From the NCBI GenBank assembly GCA_951406725.2, contig OX597815.1, forward strand, positions 70,494,001 through 70,558,000: a DNA stretch of 64,000 nucleotides, given 5' to 3'. The notes beneath the pieces were generated by a model. That model was not told the origin of the DNA, ran no database searches, and worked only from the letters and a program-made list of their open reading frames with translations. Positions 43,931 to 55,386 of the stretch are shown here, piece by piece; within the stretch, counting starts at the first letter, position 1, and each line of letters starts with the position of its first letter. Source of the DNA: Octopus vulgaris (lineage: Eukaryota). The translations under genes were made by a program, and so were the position numbers.

Positions 43931-45490
43931 CTATCCGTTTTCTTTAGGGGACCAAAAACGTAACAGAAATTTAGTCACATGTGGGCATGATCCGAAAAGT
44001 TCTGTCCTTGTATTTAGACATGTGGTAGGGTCTAAGCTGCTTTTCCAGATAAGCCATCTCTCCATGTCGCATAAACCGCACCTTCCGCTGCCGTTAGTAT
44101 AGGGCTTACATCTGGCCAAAATCTTCCATTGTATGTTATAATCGACACCTTTATCTCTTAAAGACCAAATATGATTGGATAATTGTGTCGCTTTTCTTTT
44201 GTTCCAGTGCCTAAAGCTCAAAGTGTGGTTATTGAACCTGGTCTTGAAATTACCCTCTGTCAGGCCCACGTATTTCTTCGTCAAAACGGTGTCTTTAGTG
44301 GTTATAGAGTTTACGGTAGCCTCATATATGATGGTCTTGGACATGCAAGCTCCATTTAGCGGGCACAATTCTTTATTCCTGCATGAACAGCTGTTTTCTT
44401 CTTGTGTTTTTTGTATGTTATGATTGATTATGTTTTTAAAATTGGTAGTTGAACTAAAACTAATTTTTAAATTGTGTCTATTGAAGAGTTTCCTATAAGC
44501 ATGGTTAACTGGAAAATGTCTATCTATCAGTGCTAGGAAATATTTACCTATATTGAAGGCCACCTCGGGTGAGTAAGGGGGCGTAAACCAGATGACCTTC
44601 CTATTTCTATTATTCCTTTTCCTTATTGTTGGGCTGGTGATAGGTGTATATTTTATTTTTTCGCTAAAACCACTATCTTTTAAAGCTTTATTATAAACTG
44701 GGGCAACGCTATTGAAGATGTCCTCATTAGATGAGAGGCTAGAAATCCTCTTACTAATATTTTTAACTAAATTTTTGAATACTATAGGGGGATGGCATGA
44801 ACCTACATTAATATAACTTAGTCTATCATTGGGCTTCCTATAAGGCTTATAAATATTATTATTAAGATCTAAGGAAACGTCTAAGAAATTGACAACCGTC
44901 AGGTTAGTGTCTATAGTTATACTAAGTCCGAAGTGTTTCATTAACTGGATAATATCCTTCCTAAAACGATCTTGTGCTGGTCCATTTGTATTAGCTGTTA
45001 AGGCGAGGGCATCATCTTTGTAGATGGCGAAATGTACGTTAGGGAATGTCTTACTGAAGGTATCTAGGAGAAAGAGTCCAATTAGATCACAGATGCCTGC
45101 CCCATCATATGAACCCATGCTCACATCGAAAGCGCCCTCCGTGTCGGTGTTTTTTACCCACTTTGCATTCTCACTGAAAAGTAATGTCTTTCTAGCATGG
45201 AAGATTATATCCTTATCATTGGTACTAATTTCTATGAAGTCACTAGCGAAGATTAGGGCTTTATCTAGCAGTTCTTTAGAGATAGAGGCATAAAAATCAA
45301 CAATATCGAATTGTGTAAACCTCGCTTTTTTCTTATTCTTAATAGCTTTAAACCAGTCTACGACTTCTATACTATTGGACCATTGCACTAGCCTAGTATC
45401 GCTCTTAATTTTCGTATTTATTTTATCTAAAATTTCTTTGCTAATAATCCCTAGTTCTGACTTGGCTGGGTTGATAAGCCTACATTTAGG
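43931..45490 (-). pseudogene. 5'-truncated PLE RT-GIY-YIG ORF (copy A)
   Basis: Open from PKCRLINPAKSELG to WSPKENG; the N-terminus listed in the ORF track is a junction chimera. Confidence 0.9.
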
Positions 45491-45534
45491 GTAAAAAGTG
45501 GGTAAAAAACACCGACACGGAGGGCGCTTTCGAT

Positions 45535-46728
45535 GTGAGCATGGGTTCATATGATGGGGCAGGCATCTGTGATCTAATTGGACTCTTTCTCCTAGATACC
45601 TTCAGTAAGACATTCCCTAACGTACATTTCGCCATCTACAAAGATGATGCCCTCGCCTTAACAGCTAATACAAATGGACCAGCACAAGATCGTTTTAGGA
45701 AGGATATTATCCAGTTAATGAAACACTTCGGACTTAGTATAACTATAGACACTAACCTGACGGTTGTCAATTTCTTAGACGTTTCCTTAGATCTTAATAA
45801 TAATATTTATAAGCCTTATAGGAAGCCCAATGATAGACTAAGTTATATTAATGTAGGTTCATGCCATCCCCCTATAGTATTCAAAAATTTAGTTAAAAAT
45901 ATTAGTAAGAGGATTTCTAGCCTCTCATCTAATGAGGACATCTTCAATAGCGTTGCCCCAGTTTATAATAAAGCTTTAAAAGATAGTGGTTTTAGCGAAA
46001 AAATAAAATATACACCTATCACCAGCCCAACAATAAGGAAAAGGAATAATAGAAATAGGAAGGTCATCTGGTTTACGCCCCCTTACTCACCCGAGGTGGC
46101 CTTCAATATAGGTAAATATTTCCTAGCACTGATAGATAGACATTTTCCAGTTAACCATGCTTATAGGAAACTCTTCAATAGACACAATTTAAAAATTAGT
46201 TTTAGTTCAACTACCAATTTTAAAAACATAATCAATCATAACATACAAAAAACACAAGAAGAAAACAGCTGTTCATGCAGGAATAAAGAATTGTGCCCGC
46301 TAAATGGAGCTTGCATGTCCAAGACCATCATATATGAGGCTACCGTAAACTCTATAACCACTAAAGACACCGTTTTGACGAAGAAATACGTGGGCCTGAC
46401 AGAGGGTAATTTCAAGACCAGGTTCAATAACCACACTTTGAGCTTTAGGCACTGGAACAAAAGAAAAGCGACACAATTATCCAATCATATTTGGTCTTTA
46501 AGAGATAAAGGTGTCGATTATAACATACAATGGAAGATTTTGGCCAGATGTAAGCCCTATACTAACGGCAGCGGAAGGTGCGGTTTATGCGACATGGAGA
46601 GATGGCTTATCTGGAAAAGCAGCTTAGACCCTACCACATGTCTAAATACAAGGACAGAACTTTTCGGATCATGCCCACATGTGACTAAATTTCTGTTACG
46701 TTTTTGGTCCCCTAAAGAAAACGGATAG
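45535..46728 (+). pseudogene. 5'-truncated PLE ORF (copy B)
   Basis: Begins inside RT motif B (SMGSYDGAG); lacks motif A. Confidence 0.9.
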
Positions 46729-46923
46729 AACATGCTTTCTGTGTTATGTCCCAAGAAGATTTTATATATTTTTATATATTTTTATATATTTTTTATGTAT
46801 TTTTATATAATTTTTATGACGAAAAATGCGAGCGATGTATAAGTACGCAGGCAAAGCAGAGTTATAACAGAGTAATTTCCCTTCATTTTTAACGGTATTT
46901 TTTCATAACGTTTTCAAATAGCC

Positions 46924-46986
46924 AGATAACCGAAGAGATGGTGTTGTGGATTTCCACTTCGGCATCTGAAACTCAGAGTTTTATCT
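46924..46986 (+). ncRNA. Hammerhead-like motif of PLE copy B
   Basis: AGATAA-CCGAAGA-GATG..(GTGGA/TCCAC)..CATC-tGAAA-CTCAGAG-TT-TTATCT: stem I AGATAA/TTATCT, stem II GATG/CATC, near-palindromic stem III ACTCAGAGT, GUU triplet. Confidence 0.6.
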
Positions 46987-47191
46987 TGACTACCGAGTAA
47001 TGTAACATATTGTATAGATAAATTTCCTCTATTTACATAATATTGAGGTCTCTTTCTTTCTTTTGTTATCTTACCGTTTTATCAATAAATCACCTCCCGG
47101 ACGACGTTATTCTCAACTAAGAGCTAATACGACCTTTTTGGGATTATCGCCTAACATCGGTTGAGGACTCTCACAAACAAAAGAATCTAAT

Positions 47192-49316
47192 ATGGACGCA
47201 TATCACATAGATTATTCTATGAAAAATATACCGATCCCATCAAAGGATTTTTACTCTAAGAAACTTCTGCAAAAAATTACTGATGTAATTAAGCGTATGA
47301 GATGGAAGGCTTTCTTTTTTGACACAGAAGCGAACACCAAGGAAAACATTTGCTATCGGATAAAATCCAAAAAATTCCCTCCTAGGATTAAAGGCTTGGA
47401 AGATTTCGAAGCGGACCTGCTGAAGATCATGAGCAAAATAAAGTTTCGTAAGTCTTTTAACAATTTCCAACATAAATTGAAGAAAGATATTGATCATATA
47501 AAAGCTCCAAGAAAAAAAGCACTTTTTTCGGATAAAACCAAGAACTTATACCTGGTAGATAACAGCAAATACACACAACTCTTACACAACAGCATCATTA
47601 ATAATTATACTAAAGCTAGGGCACAGACATATAACGAAATTAATAAAGAAGCTAGCGTCATCGCCGCTAAACTTAAATTAGATAAAAAAATAGAAACCCT
47701 CCCCAAAAAGAGGCCTTTATTACTATTAAAGACCACAAAGAAAACTTCCTTTCCAATCCTAAATGTAGGCTTATCAACCCAGCCAAGTCAGAACTAGGGA
47801 TTATTAGCAAAGAAATTTTAGATAAAATAAATACGAAAATTAAGAGCGATACTAGGCTAGTGCAATGGTCCAATAGTATAGAAGTCGTAGACTGGTTTAA
47901 AGCTATTAAGAATAAGAAAAAAGCGAGGTTTACACAATTCGATATTGTTGATTTTTATGCCTCTATCTCTAAAGAACTGCTAGATAAAGCCCTAATCTTC
48001 GCTAGTGACTTCATAGAAATTAGTACCAATGATAAGGATATAATCTTCCATGCTAGAAAGACATTACTTTTCAGTGAGAATGCAAAGTGGGTAAAAAACA
48101 CCGACACGGAGGGCGCTTTCGATGTGAGCATGGGTTCATATGATGGGGCAGGCATCTGTGATCTAATTGGACTCTTTCTCCTAGATACCTTCAGTAAGAC
48201 ATTCCCTAACGTACATTTCGCCATCTACAAAGATGATGCCCTCGCCTTAACAGCTAATACAAATGGACCAGCACAAGATCGTTTTAGGAAGGATATTATC
48301 CAGTTAATGAAACACTTCGGACTTAGTATAACTATAGACACTAACCTGACGGTTGTCAATTTCTTAGACGTTTCCTTAGATCTTAATAATAATATTTATA
48401 AGCCTTATAGGAAGCCCAATGATAGACTAAGTTATATTAATGTAGGTTCATGCCATCCCCCTATAGTATTCAAAAATTTAGTTAAAAATATTAGTAAGAG
48501 GATTTCTAGCCTCTCATCTAATGAGGACATCTTCAATAGCGTTGCCCCAGTTTATAATAAAGCTTTAAAAGATAGTGGTTTTAGCGAAAAATAAAATATA
48601 CACCTATCACCAGCCCAACAATAAGGAAAAGGAATAATAGAAATAGGAAGGTCATCTGGTTTACGCCCCCTTACTCACCCGAGGTGGCCTTCAATATAGG
48701 TAAATATTTCCTAGCACTGATAGATAGACATTTTCCAGTTAACCATGCTTATAGGAAACTCTTCAATAGACACAATTTAAAAATTAGTTTTAGTTCAACT
48801 ACCAATTTTAAAAACATAATCAATCATAACATACAAAAAACACAAGAAGAAAACAGCTGTTCATGCAGGAATAAAGAATTGTGCCCGCTAAATGGAGCTT
48901 GCATGTCCAAGACCATCATATATGAGGCTACCGTAAACTCTATAACCACTAAAGACACCGTTTTGACGAAGAAATACGTGGGCCTGACAGAGGGTAATTT
49001 CAAGACCAGGTTCAATAACCACACTTTGAGCTTTAGGCACTGGAACAAAAGAAAAGCGACACAATTATCCAATCATATTTGGTCTTTAAGAGATAAAGGT
49101 GTCGATTATAACATACAATGGAAGATTTTGGCCAGATGTAAGCCCTATACTAACGGCAGCGGAAGGTGCGGTTTATGCGACATGGAGAGATGGCTTATCT
49201 GGAAAAGCAGCTTAGACCCTACCACATGTCTAAATACAAGGACAGAACTTTTCGGATCATGCCCACATGTGACTAAATTTCTGTTACGTTTTTGGTCCCC
49301 TAAAGAAAACGGATAG
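47192..49316 (+). CDS. PLE reverse transcriptase-GIY-YIG polyprotein, copy C (two net homopolymer frameshifts, near 47705 and 48588)
   Basis: ORFs 47192-47797, 47860-48594 and 48684-49316 join into one protein nearly identical to copy D. Confidence 0.8.
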
Positions 49317-49511
49317 AACATGCTTTCTGTGTTATGTCCCAAGAAGATTTTATATATTTTTATATATTTTTATATATTTTTTATGTATTTTTATATAATT
49401 TTTATGACGAAAAATGCGAGCGATGTATAAGTACGCAGGCAAAGCAGAGTTATAACAGAGTAATTTCCCTTCATTTTTAACGGTATTTTTTCATAACGTT
49501 TTCAAATAGCC

Positions 49512-49574
49512 AGATAACCGAAGAGATGGTGTTGTGGATTTCCACTTCGGCATCTGAAACTCAGAGTTTTATCT
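49512..49574 (+). ncRNA. Hammerhead-like motif of PLE copy C
   Basis: Identical to 46924-46986. Confidence 0.6.
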
Positions 49575-49779
49575 TGACTACCGAGTAATGTAACATATTG
49601 TATAGATAAATTTCCTCTATTTACATAATATTGAGGTCTCTTTCTTTCTTTTGTTATCTTACCGTTTTATCAATAAATCACCTCCCGGACGACGTTATTC
49701 TCAACTAAGAGCTAATACGACCTTTTTGGGATTATCGCCTAACATCGGTTGAGGACTCTCACAAACAAAAGAATCTAAT

Positions 49780-51905
49780 ATGGACGCATATCACATAGAT
49801 TATTCTATGAAAAATATACCGATCCCATCAAAGGATTTTTACTCTAAGAAACTTCTGCAAAAAATTACTGATGTAATTAAGCGTATGAGATGGAAGGCTT
49901 TCTTTTTTGACACAGAAGCGAACACCAAGGAAAACATTTGCTATCGGATAAAATCCAAAAAATTCCCTCCTAGGATTAAAGGCTTGGAAGATTTCGAAGC
50001 GGACCTGCTGAAGATCATGAGCAAAATAAAGTTTCGTAAGTCTTTTAACAATTTCCAACATAAATTGAAGAAAGATATTGATCATATAAAAAGCTCCAAG
50101 AAAAAAGCACTTTTTTCGGATAAAACCAAGAACTTATACCTGGTAGATAACAGCAAATACACACAACTCTTACACAACAGCATCATTAATAATTATACTA
50201 AAGCTAGGGCACAGACATATAACGAAATTAATAAAGAAGCTAGCGTCATCGCCGCTAAACTTAAATTAGATAAAAAAATAGAAACCCTCCCCAAAAAGAG
50301 GCCTTTATTACTATTAAAGACCACAAAGAAAACTTCCTTTCCAATCCTAAATGTAGGCTTATCAACCCAGCCAAGTCAGAACTAGGGATTATTAGCAAAG
50401 AAATTTTAGATAAAATAAATACGAAAATTAAGAGCGATACTAGGCTAGTGCAATGGTCCAATAGTATAGAAGTCGTAGACTGGTTTAAAGCTATTAAGAA
50501 TAAGAAAAAAGCGAGGTTTACACAATTCGATATTGTTGATTTTTATGCCTCTATCTCTAAAGAACTGCTAGATAAAGCCCTAATCTTCGCTAGTGACTTC
50601 ATAGAAATTAGTACCAATGATAAGGATATAATCTTCCATGCTAGAAAGACATTACTTTTCAGTGAGAATGCAAAGTGGGTAAAAAACACCGACACGGAGG
50701 GCGCTTTCGATGTGAGCATGGGTTCATATGATGGGGCAGGCATCTGTGATCTAATTGGACTCTTTCTCCTAGATACCTTCAGTAAGACATTCCCTAACGT
50801 ACATTTCGCCATCTACAAAGATGATGCCCTCGCCTTAACAGCTAATACAAATGGACCAGCACAAGATCGTTTTAGGAAGGATATTATCCAGTTAATGAAA
50901 CACTTCGGACTTAGTATAACTATAGACACTAACCTGACGGTTGTCAATTTCTTAGACGTTTCCTTAGATCTTAATAATAATATTTATAAGCCTTATAGGA
51001 AGCCCAATGATAGACTAAGTTATATTAATGTAGGTTCATGCCATCCCCCTATAGTATTCAAAAATTTAGTTAAAAATATTAGTAAGAGGATTTCTAGCCT
51101 CTCATCTAATGAGGACATCTTCAATAGCGTTGCCCCAGTTTATAATAAAGCTTTAAAAGATAGTGGTTTTAGCGAAAAAATAAAATATACACCTATCACC
51201 AGCCCAACAATAAGGAAAAGGAATAATAGAAATAGGAAGGTCATCTGGTTTACGCCCCCTTACTCACCCGAGGTGGCCTTCAATATAGGTAAATATTTCC
51301 TAGCACTGATAGATAGACATTTTCCAGTTAACCATGCTTATAGGAAACTCTTCAATAGACACAATTTAAAAATTAGTTTTAGTTCAACTACCAATTTTAA
51401 AAACATAATCAATCATAACATACAAAAAACACAAGAAGAAAACAGCTGTTCATGCAGGAATAAAGAATTGTGCCCGCTAAATGGAGCTTGCATGTCCAAG
51501 ACCATCATATATGAGGCTACCGTAAACTCTATAACCACTAAAGACACCGTTTTGACGAAGAAATACGTGGGCCTGACAGAGGGTAATTTCAAGACCAGGT
51601 TCAATAACCACACTTTGAGCTTTAGGCACTGGAACAAAAGAAAAGCGACACAATTATCCAATCATATTTGGTCTTTAAGAGATAAAGGTGTCGATTATAA
51701 CATACAATGGAAGATTTTGGCCAGATGTAAGCCCTATACTAACGGCAGCGGAAGGTGCGGTTTATGCGACATGGAGAGATGGCTTATCTGGAAAAGCAGC
51801 TTAGACCCTACCACATGTCTAAATACAAGGACAGAACTTTTCGGATCATGCCCACATGTGACTAAATTTCTGTTACGTTTTTGGTCCCCTAAAGAAAACG
51901 GATAG
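49780..51905 (+). CDS. PLE reverse transcriptase-GIY-YIG endonuclease (about 708 aa after one -1 frame correction near 50293), copy D
   Basis: N-terminal YSMKNIPIPSK..KRMRWKAFFF; ITIKDHKENF..PKCRLINPAKSELG; RT FDIVDFYASI, MGSYDGAG, IYKDD, NFLDV; linker CSCRNKELCPLNGAC; GIY-YIG IIY..YVGLTEGNFKTRFNNH, CGLCDMER, LNTRTEL, CPH. Confidence 0.88.
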
Positions 51906-52100
51906 AACATGCTTTCTGTGTTATGTCCCAAGAAGATTTTATATATTTTTATATATTTTTATATATTTTTTATGTATTTTTATATAATTTTTATGACGAA
52001 AAATGCGAGCGATGTATAAGTACGCAGGCAAAGCAGAGTTATAACAGAGTAATTTCCCTTCATTTTTAACGGTATTTTTTCATAACGTTTTCAAATAGCC

Positions 52101-52163
52101 AGATAACCGAAGAGATGGTGTTGTGGATTTCCACTTCGGCATCTGAAACTCAGAGTTTTATCT
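52101..52163 (+). ncRNA. Hammerhead-like motif of PLE copy D
   Basis: Identical to 46924-46986. Confidence 0.6.
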
Positions 52164-52192
52164 TGACTACCGAGTAATGTAACATATTGTAT

Positions 52193-52249
<57 letters not shown>

Positions 52250-52251
<2 letters not shown>

Positions 52252-53442
52252 AGAGGTTACCCAAAAGAAACCGGAATTTTACAATATCATCTTATTCACT
52301 TAGTTTTACATGTTTACACTTTTATCGCCTTCAAAGTATTCTCCATTTGAAGCAATGCACCGGACCAAACGCGTTTTCCGTTGTTCGAAGCTGTCCTGCA
52401 ACTTTTGCGAAGTGATGCCTTTTAACGCCTCTGTTGTTTTTTTCTTCACCTCTTTCACATCTACAAAACGTTTTCATTTGAGGATTTTTTCGTTTGGGGG
52501 GAACCAAAAAAAGTTGCAGGGAGAAAGATCGGGTGAAGAGGGAAGAGTGGATAAGCAGGATCATGCCATTTTTGGTCAAAAACTGTTTCACACTCAGAGC
52601 AGTGTGCGCAGGTGCATTGTCGTGATGAGACCACCGCTTTCCACTTTGCCGCAGGTCGTTGCATTTTCGTTTCATCGAGTCCCGCAGACGCTTCAGAACT
52701 TCTAAGTAAAATGTATGGTGAACAGTTTGACCAAGAGGAACAAATTCTGCGCAGACAATTCCTTTCGCATCGATGAAACAAACCAGCATCGTCTTGACAT
52801 TGGACTTCACTTGACGCGTGGTGACATTGAATTCTTCCATTGACTTGAACGCATTCAGTCTTGACTGCTTTTGATCTTCCAAGAGCAAGCGAGGCACAAA
52901 TTTTGCTGCAACTCTCTTCATTCGCAATTCCTCGCTCAAAATTCATTGGTAGAAGCTCTAGAACACATCAGTCATATCAACGAGTTTTTCAATTGTTCGG
53001 TGACGGTCCTCCGAGATAACCTCACGAATTATCGTGATGTCCAGGAGGTCAGCAGTCACCCTAAACGAGGTTGGTCTTCAAGCGACCAGGGATCATTCCT
53101 AAAGCGTGAAAACCACTCGTAAACTTATGTTTGGCTCATGTGTTTTGCGTCCTTGTAAGCTGTTTGATGCATGGCAACTGTTTTGGTCGCCGTTTTCTCC
53201 GCAGAAAACAGAATTTCACGGAAGTACATTGTTCCTTCGTTTCGGCTATCGCAGAAATCGACAAACAGGGAAGAGCACTGCAAAACAAAGATGCACCACG
53301 TGACAGTACGACCTCAGTGGACGACGCGGGTCGGCATACTGATGTCTGAGGATCGCATTAAGTGGCTTCTAGCGCCGGAAGCCTGAACTACGACGGGATG
53401 TCCCTCAGTGAAGGTTTTCGATTATTTTTGGGTACCCCCTCG
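52250..53442 (-). mobile_element. Mariner DNA transposon with a decayed, internally deleted transposase
   Basis: Imperfect TIRs CCAGAGGTTACCCAAAAGAAACC and (reverse complement) CGAGGGGGTACCCAAAAATAATC; TA on both sides; KRVAAKFVPRLL and HHDNAPAHTA motifs. Confidence 0.9.
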
Positions 53443-53901
53443 TATATATATACTAGTGGGAGATATGAAAATTCTACAGAACGAAAAAAATTAAGAGAAG
53501 CAATTTAAGAAAGAAAAGAAGATTTGCCTTTTTAGTTTCATTTTGCTAAGCTATATCACATCCAGTCACAATAATATATCATATGATTTTAAAATTTCCC
53601 TCTGCTAAGCACTTTATATTTTTCTCTTTCTCTCTACCCATCCAACGGACATGTTAACCATATGATTCCCCTCTTCATGACTTTAACATTTCTTTCTTTC
53701 TCTTCACATCTCACTTTCACTAACCACATGAGTGACAGCATAATGCATCGGGTGGTTATCTGCTCTTCTCAGTCACTATCACATTCCCTCTTCCATTCTC
53801 TCTCACTCCATATCCTTCTCCCCTCAAACTATATTATTCTTCTACAAACAGGTAGAGGAATAACAAATTTGTTCAATAAACAAATACTTTTCACTATCAA
53901 C

Positions 53902-54060
<159 letters not shown>

Positions 54061-54624
54061 CTATAGTTTTCAGTAACAAAGCTCATTTCATTTCAGTTCA
54101 GCTGTTTGTTCGAATTTACTTTTTCTTTCTGTTCATGTATCTCTGCTCTGACAATACAAATACTATCTGCTTCTCTCTCTTTTTCTAAATGTAACTGTCT
54201 CTCCTGTCCATCTCTATCTGCCTTTCTTTAACCTCACCACCAGAACATCACCTGCTAAATATTGTATCCTAAACATCTCTGTCTATTTACCTTTCTCTCC
54301 CCGCTCTACAACACGTCGTTAACACTTCTCTCTGCTCCTTTTCTCTCACCATGTTTTTCTCTCACCATGTTTTTCTCTCACCATGTTTTTCTCTCGTCTT
54401 CGGCCCTCCCTTCATCTTATCACGTGATGCATTTGGCCTTAGTGTATTATTATACTCTTCTCTTTTTTCTTCTCTACGCACATTCCTCCTCCTCCTCCTC
54501 CTCTCTCTCTCTCTCTCTCACTTTTACTGTACCTCTCACTTCATCCCCACTTCTCTAACTAAAGTATAACGGGCGAACGAACAAGCAGATTATATATATA
54601 TATATATATATAAATATATATATA

Positions 54625-54980
54625 TAGTCATCCCAAATAATGCGTTTTTTTATACTTCTTTTATTTTTCAAAGTTACGATAAACAAAGTTCTTTTGTAAT
54701 CTAAAATATACTCTCCTTCATTTTCTACAATGCTCCTCCATCTTTCTGGTAGACTTGCAAGGCCTCTCTTCCAAAATTCACTTGTCTGTGACGAAAATTA
54801 CTCCTCCAGTACTGTTCTGACCTCGTCTGATTTTGAAGACTGCGGAATAAATGATAATCAGATGAGGCAATGTCCGGATAATATGTTGGGTGGGGCATCG
54901 GTTCCCATTCAAACTGTTCCAGATCTAGAGTATCCTCCTCGTAATTGAAAAAACTGCATTATTTATGAGATGACCCAATA
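54625..54980 (-). mobile_element. Internally deleted mariner (MITE-like)
   Basis: Imperfect TIRs GTCATCCCAAATAATGCGTTTTT / AAAAAACTGCATTATTTATGAGATGAC; minus-strand FWKRGLASLPERWRSIVENEGEYI matches a mariner C-terminus; sits in (TA)n. Confidence 0.8.
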
Positions 54981-55048
54981 TATATATATATATACGTAAA
55001 TGTCGAACGGTGAAAATAAGTGCTCAGCACCGCAATGTTGGATATAAT

Positions 55049-55117
55049 TTCTTTATTTGTGAATTAAAGCTACCATTAACATGAAACCAATGGTAGCCTT
55101 AATTCACAAATAAAGAA
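55049..55117. repeat. 29-bp inverted repeat (1 mismatch, 11-nt loop)
   Basis: TTCTTTATTTGTGAATTAAAGCTACCATT / AATGGTAGCCTTAATTCACAAATAAAGAA. Confidence 0.85.
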
Positions 55118-55386
55118 TACACACACACACACACACATACGCGCGCGCTTATATGTGTGTCTTTGTGTTTGTTTGCCTCAACCCCGCCTGATAACCGGTG
55201 TTGGTTTGTTTAAGTCTTCGTAGCCTAGCGGTTCGCAAAAGAATACGATCAAATAAATATCAAGCTTAAAAATAAGTGCTTGTGTCGCTTTGTTCGACCA
55301 AAACTCTTCAAAGCGGTGCCCCAGCTTGGCTGCAGTCCAATGATTCAAACAATTAAAAGGTGGAAAAACGAAGGCAATGCTTTGGG

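Larger units (their letters stand above)
43573..52197. mobile_element. Penelope-like element (Naiad-type) array: inverted copy A 43573-45490(-), copy B 45495-47086(+), copy C 47087-49674(+), copy D 49675-52197(+)
   Basis: Four near-identical copies with a 2588-bp period; RT + GIY-YIG ORF; (AT)n on both sides. Confidence 0.95.

Noticed and set aside
45491-45550. Cys-rich N-terminus MNPCSHRKRPPCRC of the 539-aa ORF
   Set aside because: It is the antisense of copy B read across the inversion junction
49780-51905. Selenocysteine recoding, as reported for some Naiad elements
   Set aside because: No in-frame TGA in the reconstructed ORF; all Cys motifs use ordinary codons
54343-54392. Three tandem TCTCTCACCATGTTTT units (and the 28-bp duplication at 2656-2712)
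   Set aside because: Ordinary slippage duplications in low-complexity DNA
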